63,940 nt of DNA, filler included, from Octopus bimaculoides (GCF_001194135.2; 9 parts of 6 records of this genome joined end to end with filler, not necessarily neighbours in it), one strand, 5' to 3'; shown: positions 24,366 to 38,070, counted from the first letter of the whole stretch. Program-made: numbers and translations. The notes: generated from the letters alone by a model not told the origin.

Positions 24366-27300
24366 ACCTTCATGACGCTGAAACAAGCACAAGATTAAAA
24401 AAATGTAATGATGTGTATGTCTGTGCGTGTGTGTTTGTATGTATGTATGTATGTATGTATGTATGTATGTATGTATGCATGCATATATGTATGTATGTAT
24501 GCATGCATGCATGTATGTATGTTTGTATGTATGTATGTATGTATGTATGTATGTATAGACACACACACTTATAGATGTGTAATCTAAAGCAGCACATGCC
24601 AGTTTTACTACATTCCTGCTACTTAACACCTCGGAGCATTTACGTCGACCTGTCAGAAGTACATCATTGATATGACACTTACTATCTTTACAAGCATGAA
24701 AGACACAATGAATAACATTCCGTAACGCGAAAGTGTCGGTTACGGAAGGCTTGTTTTCTTGAAAATCTTACCGAAGCGTGGAATATCGTAGCACGAAAAT
24801 GCTACGATATTGTTCAGTGCTTGTTCAGTGACTTCCATGTCATGAAAATCAATAGAAAATATTCCGTTTATATGTTTGCTTTGCAAGATTTTTGAAAATA
24901 GATCTTACGTTACGATTACGGTAAGATTTTTATGAACGTAATGTTTCCTAAATAAGGAAAATACTTATATTCCTAGATACACAATAACTGACAAAAAGAT
25001 GGGATGGTTACGAACGGAACGCATAGACCATAGGTCGATTAAACAAAAAACAAAAAAAAACAACAAATGGAAGAGATAATTACATAATATAGTCCTAGAT
25101 GCATTATGTCTGAAAAAGTTCGCTAATATGACTCAAAGTTTGAACTTGTATCTCGCTGAAGCATTGCTAGACGAATTTGTAAATTATTCATATAAATTGA
25201 CTTGATTGTCCTATGTTCTTTGTCGATTTCTAGAAGAACAAAAGAGTTTAAAAAGAAAACGGAAAGGAAAAAAGAAAGGAAGAAAAAGTAAATTGATGAC
25301 ATGTACACCACGACCTGTAAAACAATATGGCTAAAAGAAAGTACTTCTGGGAAGCGTTTGGTCTATTAAATATACATATAGGAGGACCTAACTTACGTGA
25401 AAATAGCTAGTTGGAAACTTAAATTAAGTGTGTTTATCTATGCAATTAGCAGAGAAAAACTCCGCCTAAAAACAATATTATGTAACACGTCCTTCCATCT
25501 TCTTATCTAGTGAATGTGATTGAAGAAAGATTTGGATGATGGATCACAGCCACTCAAATTCCACTAACGGATCGAATGAACACGCGGTGGTTCTCTAATT
25601 GGCTTGGAAGGAATAAAGTTACAATGGATTTTGGTTCTAGTCGCTAATTGTACTAGTTACTAATTGAGCTAGCCTCTAATTGTAATTTTGGTTGCTAATT
25701 GTGACTTTGGTCGCTTATAGGAATTTTGGCACTAAATCTGGTCCTAATTCACATGAAGAATTCAAATCATTCCTGTAATATTTCTGTTGTTAGAGCTTCT
25801 CTATATCTTTTTTACCAATCTTCCACTCCGGCCGAAATATTACTGTAAACTTCTATTCCAGTATTTCATTGGGTCTGGAAATCCTGATAGCACTGACTTA
25901 CTCTCCAAGACTTGGGTACCTCTGGCTCTCATGGAGCTCGTCCTCGTTTGACACTTATTGTTTTGTTTTCTTAATTCTGCTAAGTGCCCACAAACTTTCG
26001 ATACTGAGCAAGCCTAGAAGGAGACTGATTTAATTGGCCGTTATTTCAACAAGTAGTCCTGGATTACATGGTTTCATCAGTTTTAGTTGCAACTGGTTCT
26101 GATGCAATACAAATCAGGTCACTGGACATTAACATAATCTATGGTAGATTATCAAGCCAACGAGTAAGTATCTATAAGATTAATCGACCAACGAGAAACA
26201 GTGAACTGAACGCATTTTTCAACAAATTCCACAATTCAGTCTAAAAAATGTGAAGGACACAGTAAATGATGTAGTCCTCGATGAACTATGTCTGGAGAGA
26301 AAAAAGACAAAAAAACCTCCCAAGGAAAAACTGGAACATAAAGAACAAAATAACAACAGAAATAATCATAGCAACAATAAAGAGAGTTTGTAGTTTAAAT
26401 ATTCAACTGCTATAAGACAGCATAGAGAAATCGTATATGGAAACATGGGGGTAATATATTGCATAATCCAAAGGGAAATTTCAATTAAATGTTTTTTTGT
26501 ACAGCATTCTATACATCATCACTTCACTTATTTAATATATATATATAAAAAATGCCCTTATCCAGGAGGCGACCATCTGGTATGAACACACGTGTCTAGG
26601 TTAAGAATAGAATTTCCCAGTGCCATGTAATTGAAAAGAATACTCCATTGTTCCATTGTTTGTCATTGTAAATTGACAAAACTGGGTACAAACCTCCACA
26701 CACATACACATCCACATACACACACAAACATATACAGACGCAAACACACTCACACAAATGCACACACACACACACATATACACACACACGTACATACACA
26801 TGCGTATACACACACACGCACGCACAAACGCAGAGACTGGATGGTAATTAATCGTTCGACCTTTTAGAAATAACAACTTAAATTCCCTTACGTCACATGT
26901 TACCGACCTAAAGTCAGAAAGACACACTTGGATATACTCTGACCAAGACAAGAACTACAGACTAACTACGGATGGAGTACTTCGGATTATGCATGTGTCG
27001 GCTAATCATAATTAAACTAGGGGTGTAAACAACAAAATATATACATATACACAATTCACGATCAGTGAATGGTAACATACTCTGTATGTTATTTCGACTC
27101 TTCTGACTCTGTGAAGTAATTTCCCCTCTTTCTGACTCTTCTACTCCTACTATAGCAGCCCTTGCTCAACATCTCCAGCCTACACGATGTTTTCAACTCT
27201 CACGAGGACGATTGATAAAATAGTTAGAGCAATGAACAAAATACCGTACACTGCTCAGTTTCGGCACTTTTTGCTCTAATCTCACATCTCACAGAGGTCA

Positions 27301-27584
27301 ACTTTGCTTTTCATAACCTCTGGGATGGACAAAATAAAGTACCAATCATAAACAGAGTCGGTTTAATCGATTGCTAATTGTATTATCCTGCGCTTCTTCA
27401 AAAATGGGATTATGGACTGAGAATCCTGAGCATAACTTCTTAATGAAGGATGCGTTTTAAGGCGAACCCAAGTATTGTTAGATTTGAAATGTATAATGAT
27501 GGAAACATGCCACACAAATTCAAAATTAAGCTGGACATGTGATGTGTCCGTCATTTTGCATCACGACGACGTGATGAAAACGAC

Positions 27585-27737
27585 GACGACGACGAAGAAG
27601 AAGAAGAAGAAGAAGAAGAAGAAGAAGAAGAAGAAGAAGAAGAAGAAGAAGAAGAAGAAGAAGAAGAAGAAGAAGAAGAAGAAGAAGAAGAAGAAGAAGA
27701 AGAAGAAGAAGAAGAAGAAGAAGAAGAAGAAGAAGAA
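27585..27737 (+). repeat. (GAC)n followed by long pure (AAG)n
   Basis: Seen directly. Confidence 0.95.
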
Positions 27738-28319
27738 ATTTCTGTACCACTGTGCACCAAACCTTCATACTACTACACTTTGCTTAATATGTAATCATTG
27801 CAGTTTTACCGCAGTGATGGTTTTGCTTGTAGTTTTGATATTCGATTTTGGTATATCTAGATATTATTGTAAGCGTCTTCATCCCCACCTTTTATGCCAG
27901 CTCATTTCACGATTTCCCCAGTAATAGACTTGCCACAGTTCACTACTTTATCTGCCTCCATCATGTCTACTATGTTGCCAACTGGTATTAATTTCTCGGA
28001 GCAGAAATGACATAATTAAGGCCTTTATGTATTGCCATGCGAGTGGGTTGCCAGTGAATCATACGCTTCTGTCAACCTGTCTTCCATCGGACAACTAATC
28101 GTATGCGCCTATCGATGTATTTTTACTAGAGGTTGTCTTCTTTGTTTGTTTGTTTTGTTTTGTTTTGTTTTGCCTTCTTTATGCCATCCAGTTTAGACTA
28201 TCTGATAACTCAACTGGATGTCGAGAAAATTCACTTCAACAGTCGATTTTATGAGCAAAATATGTTTTATACTCGACTGTGGTATTGAGAACGTTTCCCC
28301 GCGTTTGTTAACCCCGATA

Positions 28320-28356
<37 letters not shown>

Positions 28357-28534
28357 GAAAAAAGATTAGAGATCTATACAAGTCAAATTTTTATGTATAA
28401 AAGATGGAGGTAGTAACAGCACAGAAGTAAATTTAAGACATTTTAATTTAGAAAGAAATTAATAAAATGAGTTAAGTATACATACATACATACATACATA
28501 CGTACATACATACATACATACATACATACATACA

Positions 28535-28565
<31 letters not shown>

Positions 28566-29164
28566 TCGATGATGAATTTCATCTTATCAAATATTAATAA
28601 AAATTTGGAATTAGAAGTAAAGACAGTTTGTATCAATCTTCTGTTTGGTGTTTAGAACATGTCCGGAGTTTTTTCTGTACTGGTGTAGAGTCCTAGGTGA
28701 TTATGATCTCAATCAGATCATAATGTTAAGTAATGTATGTCACCAGAAATTTATCAAAGATGTTCAAATATTCAATCGTATCGATGTTAAGACCCGTTTC
28801 GTTGGAATACGGTGGCATCACGCGTCCGACGCTTGCAACGGCTCCAAACACCATCTCTTAGATAGGATTTTGTTTTGCATAACAGCAGTAACTTTTGAAA
28901 CTTACAAAACAATAACCCTGAAATTCTATTGTAACAACTGATTACTTGATTGACTACAAATTTCATTTCGCCAACAAAGTTCCCCACTTTCTTTTCCATG
29001 TACAGCAGAAAATTGAGAAGATTTAAGGTTCCCTCAGCACTAAGTTTGAAAATGGATGTGAAAAAGGATTCGACTCCTGCGAACATGACTTCATGCCTAT
29101 GTCGTTTCTTAACCGTTGTAGCTGTCGTCCAATTTATACATAACACGCTCTTTGTTTTACTCTC

Positions 29165-29622
29165 TCTTTTACTCTTTTACTTGTTTCAGTCATTTGACTG
29201 TGGCCATGCTGGAGCACCACCTTTAGTCGAGCAAATCGACCCCATGACTTATTCTTTGTAAGCCTAGTACTTATTCTATCGGTCTCTTTTGCCGAACCGC
29301 TAAGTTACGGGAACGTAAACACACCACTATCGGTTGTCAAGCGATGTTGGGGGACAAACACAGACACACAAACATATACACACACANNNNNNNNNNNNNN
29401 NNNNNNNNNNNNNNNNNNNNNNNNNNNNNNNNNNNNNNNNNNNNNNNNNNNNNNNNNNNNNNNNATATATATATATATATATACATATACACGACGGGCT
29501 TCTTTCAGTTTCCGTCTACCAAATCCACTCACAAGGCTTTGGTCGGCCCGAGGCTATAGTAGTGGGACTGAACCCGGAACCATGTGCTTCGTAAGTAAGC
29601 TACTTACCACACAGCCCTCCTA
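29165..29622 (-). mobile_element. SINE family B, full length (gap in internal microsatellite)
   Basis: Reverse complement of 9060-9455. Confidence 0.85.
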
Positions 29623-30335
29623 CACCTTTTTTTTTTTTGTAAACTTGATTATACGAGTAAATGAATTTGCTTCAGTAGATTGTTTTAAACCTACTAGAAA
29701 GCCTTGCGGTCACACCATGTATCATGAAATTAACGGAGAATATCCGTAGCTATAAACTTAACGAGAGCGCGGTAAACTGCTGTCTTTGCATACCCAACAT
29801 CGACAATGCTAAACTCAGAGCTATAACCCCAGAACAGCTCATTTCGCCAATAATATTTCGTCAGAGATTCCATAACTCAAGTGTAATCTGTCACAATCTA
29901 TAACAAGTAAAACAAAGTTATATGCAAAATATTAGCTGTTAATTCACGATATAACATTTTCGAAAGTATCTCAATTTGGTGGTCAAAGTGATCATGTACC
30001 AATGTGGGAAAGGCGCTATTGACCTTTCCATAGAAAATTCTGTGCATAGTTCCGATGTGATGGAGAACAACGGGTTGGTCTGCCCACAAATACAATGAAA
30101 TGCCTGCAGCAGTGTTGAGCTGACAACTTAAAGTCTTGTTAATGTTCATATCTTATACGCATTTGCCATTTGGCATCTGTAAATATGTACACACAGACAC
30201 ATACACACACACACACACATGTAAGTATGTATATGTAATTATATATATATAATATATATTATATCATATGTACACACATGTGTGTATGTATGGATTATAT
30301 GTGTATTATAAGTGTTTCATATATGCACACACATA

Positions 30336-30406
<71 letters not shown>

Positions 30407-30476
30407 ATCAGTATGTATGTATATGCATGCACATACGCACACGACAGAAGGAAAAAAACTGGTTAAACATACGTAG

Positions 30477-30597
30477 ACGAAGAAGAAGAAGAAGAAGAAG
30501 AAGAAGAAGAAGAAGAAGAAGAAGAAGAAGAAGAAGAAGAAGAAGAAGAAGAAGAAGAAGAAGAAGAAGAAGACGACGACGACGACGACGACGAAGC

Positions 30598-30652
<55 letters not shown>
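30477..30652 (+). repeat. Compound (AAG)n(GAC)n(GAT)n microsatellite
   Basis: Seen directly. Confidence 0.95.
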
Positions 30653-30656
<4 letters not shown>

Positions 30657-31436
30657 TAATTAAGAAGGGAAGGAAGAGAACAAGTGAAGAAATAACAGTG
30701 ACTGAAATAAACAATAGGCGAGTAATTCAGACAGAAAAAAAGAAAAAAAACAATCACGTGTGGGTAGGACAAGGAAGGAGTAGAGGGAGTAAGGAGTGTA
30801 GTGGGAGGAAAATCAAATTATATTAGCTAAGTTATTATCTACGCTAACCACCACCACCACCACCACCATCCACAACTACTACTACCACTTTAAATAAGCA
30901 TTGAGAGGCTGGCATAGAATAACAAGTGTTTATATATAAATACCTACATACACATACATACATACATACATACATATATACATACACACATACACACATA
31001 CATACATACATACATGCATACATACATACATACATACATACATACATACATACATAGCTACACACATGTATACATGCATATATATATATATTCATGTATT
31101 TATATATACATACATGCATAGCTATACCCATGTATACGTGCATATATATATATATATATATACACACACNNNNNNNNNNNNNNNNNNNNNNNNNNNNNNN
31201 NNNNNNNNNNNNNNNNNNNNNNNNNNNNNNNNNNNNNNNNNNNNNNNNNNNNNNNNNNNNNNNNNNNNNNNNNNNNNNNNNNNNNNNNNNNNNNNNNNNN
31301 NNNNNNNNNNNNNNNNNNNNNNNNNNNNNNNNNNNNNNNNNNNNNNNNNNNNNNNNNNNNNNNNNNNNNNNNNNNNNNNNNNNNNNNNNNNNNNNNNNNN
31401 NNNNNNNNNNNNNNNNNNNNNNNNNNNNNNNNNNNN

Positions 31437-31479
<43 letters not shown>

Positions 31480-31713
31480 TAGGTGTGTGTGCGTAAGTAT
31501 GTATTCATGTAAGCAATTACATACATATACATACATACACATGACCCACACACAATTACTTTTGTGACACACCATATATACGCACGTACGCACACACAGA
31601 CACACACTCGCACAATTTATTAGCAATCTTCGTGTATCTCACATATGTACACGCACGGTTGTTATATGTTTATGCGAATTTGTTGGGGGGAGTGTGGAGG
31701 GAGTGTGTGTGTT

Positions 31714-31764
<51 letters not shown>

Positions 31765-32596
31765 GTGTGTGCGTGAGGGAGCACGTGTGTGTGTATGAGT
31801 AAGTAATCAAGTCATGTGCTAAACAAGTGGTTCTTGAAAATTGAATCTTTAGCAAATGTGTTGCTAACAATGGAAACATGGAACCAACAACAACCAACAA
31901 CAACAACAACAACAACGGCGATGATGATGATGATGATGATGATGATGAAAATAATGATTTCATTTATTTGCCACAAGGGTGAAGGATGTGGGGACAATGC
32001 AAAGACAGACAGAAAGTGTGGTAGTTTTTATAAAATGAAATGATTTTTAAAAAATGGAAAGAAAGTATACACGGTATATATTGAAAAAGAAGGGACATAT
32101 GCATAGCATACGAAGATTTAAAACAAAAAGAACAACAGCAACCATGGCGACGTCGACAAAGGCGAAGGCGAAAACGATGATGATGACAACGACGACAATG
32201 ATGATGATGATGATGAGGAGGAGGAGGAGGAGGAGGATTTCTTTTATTTGTCTTCAAGGTGACGGATGAAGGGGTAATAAAAAGACAGACATAAGCCACT
32301 GGACTTTACATAGAATGAAAGGTGTACATACGGTGCATAGTAAAACTGAAAGAAGTATATATAAGTGTACATCAGTAAAAAATGTGTGATAATAATGTAC
32401 TCTTCCTGATAGACGAGGAACTCTATGGCCAATCGAGGTACCCTCTCCACTATCCAAGATGTCCCCGAAAACCGAAAACCAAGTGCAAGTGCCCACTCCA
32501 ATATATAGAGCGGCGCCATCCATTCTTGCAATTTTTGCTACTTTCAACCACTTTCCTATAAATTCGCTCGGGGACAGCACGCTCTCTCTCTATCTA

Positions 32597-32652
<56 letters not shown>

Positions 32653-32753
32653 NNNNNNNNNNNNNNNNNNNNNNNNNNNNNNNNNNNNNNNNNNNNNNNN
32701 NNNNNNNNNNNNNNNNNNNNNNNNNNNNNNNNNNNNNNNNNNNNNNNNNNNNN

Positions 32754-32803
<50 letters not shown>

Positions 32804-33835
32804 GCCCTCACTTTCCTTTGTAAATGAAATTTGATAAAGTATCTACCAAAGAGGAATTTCCTCATACGTTTCAGTCTCGTTACCAAATAACTATCTAGCT
32901 AACTAGCCTAGCCAGTTTGTTTAGGTCGACACCCAGTGTCTCCCTGAGAACGTCGTCACATTTCCCTGCGCTAGTCCTCTATATATTGTGTAAGTAGGAC
33001 ATCCACCGATCCCATTGCCAGACTGATAGATTTGTATTAATAAGTAGGAAGCTAATACTGTAGCGAAGAGTGAGAACTAGTCGACATTCTTTTTTATCCT
33101 AGGTAATTCCTGGTCTTTTATTCTCAAGACTAAGGGAGTCTTACGCTTCATCTCTACACTGAAATATTATCCAAAAACAATGATAGTATTTCTCTATGCT
33201 CTCTCGACCTGCTAGAAACAGCAATATCATTTCCGTTACTCACATCCTGCTGTCTGCAACAAGTCGCTGATTTACATAAAGATAGGTTGTTCAATGATCA
33301 TAGATCTACTAAATCCAAGATAACCTGAGCCCGAATAACAACAACAATGGCCCTGAAGCATTCCAGTTCAATTCTCTATTATTTCATGTGTGTGTGCGCG
33401 CGCGCGCCACAGAACTTCCCAAAGCTAGACACCAACATTTAAGCACTATCTGAGCCTAAATAGGTTACCGATGAAGAAAACCAAACAATATCAAAGTAAG
33501 CGATCCCCACAAACTATGAAACCGCAAACACTTCCATTCTTCAAGAATGAGTGGCAACTCAGAATAACAAGCCTAAGATAGAAGTAATTCACAATCGAGC
33601 ATGACATATGTGTACTCTCATCATCAGCTGCCCAAACAGGTATCACTGTGGTTTCAACACTTAAGCAGTACCATTCAATCTGGTGGTGTCCATGATGTTA
33701 GAAAATATATCGGACTCCCGTTTGCGCCGTGAACAGGGATTAATCTTCCATCTTCGCTCCTTTGCGCCACATGGGCTCAACTCCCCTCCACTCTTCATCT
33801 AACCCCCTCCTCCTGTCTCTCTCCCCCACCCTCCC

Positions 33836-33935
33836 NNNNNNNNNNNNNNNNNNNNNNNNNNNNNNNNNNNNNNNNNNNNTTAATTAATTAANNNNNNNNN
33901 NNNNNNNNNNNNNNNNNNNNNNNNNNNNNNNNNNN
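33836..33935. other. Artificial scaffold join
   Basis: 44N-TTAATTAATTAA-44N. Confidence 0.95.
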
Positions 33936-35016
33936 AACTCATGCAAATGTGATATCTGTGATCCTTTATCAATGTAGCAATCCAAACTGTATCTTATCCA
34001 ATCTAACACTAGTGGGTGCATTTATCACAGCATTAGGAAGACTGCCTTGTCCTATGAAGAAGTCTTCTCTATGTTGTCAGTGTTCATTCATAACATGTCC
34101 ATGAGGGAAACAGAAGAAAAAGTAATGAAAGTTAGAGTGATGGAGAATGAAGAGAAAGAGAAATTGAATTGACAGTTATATGCTGATTGTTGGTAAGGAG
34201 ATTGAATAGAAAACAGCATGTGTAATGCAGTAGGGTAGAAGGAGAGACAGGAAAGAAAGAAACAAAGTGATGGAAGGAGGAATGAAAATGGGAAAGAGAA
34301 TGGGGAATGACAACAATGGGTATTAGAGGAAGAAGTAATATGAGATTGAGTAATGGACAGCAATAAAGATGGGTGATGGTAAAAGAGAAGGAGTGACATG
34401 TCAATCAATGATAGGGGAGGGAATAATGGGAAACAAGAGATATACACATTACCAAGTGCTTTAAAGAAATGCACAAATACAATATTCTGAACAGTAGTGT
34501 TGACCTGTCTTTGTGGAAGTTGTTTTGGTTCCATTGTAAGATTGGATTAATATGAGGGGAACTGAGGAGCACTGACTTATAAATGTTTGAGACTAGAAGT
34601 GAGTGTAATTATGCTATAGTTCTGGGATCAGTGAAAATTACCTGTCTTTAAAAGTAGAATAACTGAAACTGTGAATGAAGGGCAGATTGCATGAAGTATG
34701 ATATTATCAAGTGATGTGTGCAGGGGTAAGCCATGGGTGCTGAACATAGAGGATACACAAATGTTGAAATGACATAAGGCAAGCATATCTCATAAGATAT
34801 GTAATATCAGCATGCATGAATGTAGTTGCATACAATGGAAGTAAATTGTTTGAGGATTGGAAAACTTTGTTTGCAAGACAAAATGTAAGAGTATTCACTG
34901 ATAAGTGAAAACATGTGTAAGTGTGCATGTTTACATGAAGCCTAACAAATGTGTGTGTGTGTGTGTGTGTAGAATTAATGATGATAGATATGAAAATAGT
35001 TAAAAGAAATACAAAC

Positions 35017-35075
35017 CATTACTGGAGATCCGTTTAACATAATACCATTGTAAAACCTTCTTTACCAGCCATATT
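35017..35075 (-). CDS. lnpk: Lunapark next internal exon, 59 nt
   Basis: Acceptor tttttgtcttatcag|A and donor G|gtttgt. Phase 2 matches the previous exon. Reads (L)IWLVKKVLQWYYVKRISSN, similar to LNPK IWSIRTVIIFFFSKRTERNN. Confidence 0.85.
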
Positions 35076-35424
35076 CTGATAAGACAAAAACATTTACTCT
35101 AGTTAGTATAACATTTAGAATAAGCAGCCAAAACTAACTAATCTAATTACAGATAAAACCCTTAGTAATTTAATAAGAACACTGCCAATTATGACTGCAA
35201 ATACAGGAAGCGATGATAAAAAAAAAAGCACGTTCTTTTAAATTATTTCTTTCAAATACAAAAAGGACAAGGTACAAGCAATAAGAAACACAGCACAGTT
35301 TGGTCGTGCAAGTTGGGTAGTTAAGAAACTTTAGAATATTAGTATAAATATAATTTACTACATCATGTTATCACATGACTGACCAGACTATTAGACGTTG
35401 TTACACATTGCTAGTTGCAATGCA

Positions 35425-35597
35425 ATTTGCATCTAGTGAGCAGGCTAACATTCCTCCTCTGATTGAAAGGGGAACTGAAGCAATGTGACATGAAGTGTTT
35501 TGCTCAAGAACACAACATCCCGCCAGTCTGGGAATCGAACCCATGAACAAGCAATAGTGAGTGCAGTAACGTAACCACTAGGTTATGCACCTTCACA
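35425..35597 (-). mobile_element. Old tRNA-head SINE (family A-related)
   Basis: cgccagtctgggaatcgaacc...aaccactaggttatgcacctt is a decayed reverse complement of the A head. Confidence 0.55.
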
Positions 35598-37039
35598 ATT
35601 TGCTACATGCCATGTTATTAATCTAGAAGTTTGATTAAGTTCAAATGAAGTTAAAAGAGATTAAGGAAACAAACAGTATCAGACACTGAATAAAGAATAA
35701 ACTAGTAATTCCCCACCTGGCTACATACCTGAAAGGTTATGATAGCTGCATGAAGGACTGGGATAAAGACCAAAACAGAGTTAAAAGCCACAGACATTAA
35801 AGAGTGATATGGATAAATAATAATATTAATTCTAGCTACAGTTAGTGGTAAGTGCTAAAGAGCTGAGCAGAGATTCCAGTGAACTGATTTTGAACACCAT
35901 TCTCTATCACAAACTGTAGTGGTGTTATTATGTCAATGTACATGTGTGTCATGCCCTTGGAGAAGAACAACATTCCAACTAAATTCATTCTATACTGCCA
36001 CTACAACAACCTATGCTATTCAGGACTTGCCATCTGTTACATTATTAAAGTATAAAATAATGGGTTAGACAGGTCTACAATTTAGAGATTTGCATGAGTA
36101 GTTAGAGAAACTTTTCTGTACCCAGTCCCTCTTCAAAATGTAAAACTTCTTATCACAGAATGACACGATTTAATATCTTCCAGCTGAGTAGACAGTGGCA
36201 AGTACAAAGAGATAAATATGATAAATGTAACATGTGTGTCAAAGTTTAAACCAATGATGTAAACCTGAATGCTTAGGACTCTGCTATTATTGATAGTGAC
36301 ATGTTTGTTAAAAGCTGCATATTACATATGTAATTAATAATTACAGGCAAAAAACAATTTTCTTTTTATTAGAAGCGACATTCCCTGTATACTCTCTCTC
36401 TAAGTGCCTCTCATATCACACAGGTTCATATAGCTGGTGCTTTTCTCTGGGTTTTGTAATGTTGGGAGATGAATAATAAATTTCTCTGGATATGGTACTA
36501 ATTATTACAGGTGTCTTGCTTGACTAGGAAACAAATTTTAGCATTACAATTCAATGAAAATGCTTTTCATTTTCACACCGCTGTCTGTCTGTGAAGGTGT
36601 GTGGCCTAGTGGTTAGAGTGTTACACCTATAACCACAGGCAGTGCATTCTATTCTTGAGCAAAATACTTAATTTCATGTTGCTCCAGTTCACTCAACTTT
36701 TTTTTTTTCCGTTCTGCTACCAAATTCTTCACACCATCACTGACGAGCACGTGGCGATATTTAACACCCGTTCAGTCAAGCCTTTCAGTACAAAACAAGG
36801 GAACTAGCATGAATTACCTCACTTACTCAGACTGCTACTATCTATATGTAGTGGTTCAGTCCATTCTTGCCAGGGAGCATTGTACTCTCGAACAACAAAA
36901 AGCAATAAAATTCAGAATGGTAGAACACCGAAGTTAATACTTTATTTTTATGTATATTCTATATTTCTAGCTTCAACCACAACTCCAGTTTTTACTGACA
37001 AGAAACTGCAACTAATAACAACAATAATGGTTTAAAATT

Positions 37040-37255
37040 TTGCCAGAAGGGTAGAAATTTGGGGGGAGGGAATAAGTCAATTACATCAACCCCAGTATTC
37101 AACTGGTGCTCATTTTATCGGTCCCCCCCCCCAAGGATTAAAGGTAAAGTCAACCTTGGCAGAATTTGAACTCGGAACGTGGCGACAGGTGAAATACTGC
37201 TAGGCATTTCATCCGGTGCACTAACGATTCTGCCGGCTCATCACCTTAATAACAA
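37040..37255 (-). mobile_element. SINE family C/D in lnpk intron
   Basis: caaccccagtattcaactggt...aaggtaaagtcaaccttggcagaatttgaactc; ends ~30 nt from the exon donor. Confidence 0.75.
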
Positions 37256-37281
37256 CAATAAAAATAATCTTCAATACTTAC

Positions 37282-37469
37282 AATACAATAAATATCAGTA
37301 TTGGGAAGAAGACAAGAAACCAGCCTTTCCAGCTTGTAGGCAAGTAGTACAGAAAAATGATGAGAGCAGCAATGACACATATGAAGAAAGAGTACAGTAG
37401 GAGACTAGCAATTAACTTTTTTTGATATTCTTGATTCTGGCGCTTAAATAGATGAAGTTTGGTGATGTC
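37282..37469 (-). CDS. lnpk: Lunapark (ER junction formation protein) internal exon, 188 nt, two-TM region
   Basis: Acceptor tctttgcag|GAC and donor TT|gtaagt. Translation DITKLHLFKRQNQEYQKKLIASLLLYSFFICVIAALIIFLYYLPTSWKGWFLVFFPILIFIV(L) resembles, from memory, vertebrate LNPK EIQALEEFREKNQRLQKLWVGRLILYSSVLYLFTCLIVYLWYLP...PFFAFPLI. Joins in frame to the 35017-35075 exon. Confidence 0.85.
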
Positions 37470-37864
37470 CTGCAAAGACATATAACAAATGAAAACTTAT
37501 TAATAAAATAATTAGGTGGAGAATACAATATAAATCAATTTCAATGATTTTTATTTACTAAATTTCTCAACCCTTAAAAACATTTTTTATTTCCATAAAA
37601 GCAAATTATTTACTTTTGTATAATGAGGGACTGCAAAAGTTAAGTTAGAGCTATACAATCTACATGTTAGTCTGAAGATATTGCTCACACATCCAGTACA
37701 ATGTCCATTCAAACCCACACACACATGCACTGGATTGTATAAAAGAAGAGCCATCTACTGACAGGAAAATCTTCACTCACCAATACTTTTTCTCTGATCT
37801 TCTTTAGCTTAATCTCTGGTCCTCAAAGTTTCTTAACTGTTTAAACATATTGCTCTGGCTAAGT

Positions 37865-38021
37865 GCAGGCATGGCTGTGTGGTAAGAAGTTTGCTTCACA
37901 ACCAGGATTCTAGGTTTAGTCCAACTCTACGACACCTCGGGCAAGTGTCTTCTACTATAGCCCTGGGCCAACAATCTGTCTTGTAAACAGATTTGACAGA
38001 AAGAAACTGCAAGACACTCTT

Positions 38022-38030
<9 letters not shown>
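37865..38030 (+). mobile_element. SINE family B, 5' half
   Basis: gcaggcatggctgtgtggtaag...gggcaagtgtcttctactatagcc. Confidence 0.75.

Positions 38031-38070
<40 letters not shown>

Noticed and set aside
28600-30170. Non-repetitive stretches at 28600-29145 and 29640-30170 as exons
   Set aside because: No frame gave a recognisable protein or paired splice sites; probably old TE debris.
32244-32580. Overlapping 95- and 108-aa minus-strand ORFs as genes
   Set aside because: No recognisable homology and weak splice signals; kept only as part of a possible promoter island.
36725-36780. Hairpin or hammerhead-like ctgacgagcacgtggcgata
   Set aside because: GAAA is replaced by GATA, there is no stem I/III, and only an ~12-bp G-U-rich stem forms on the minus strand.
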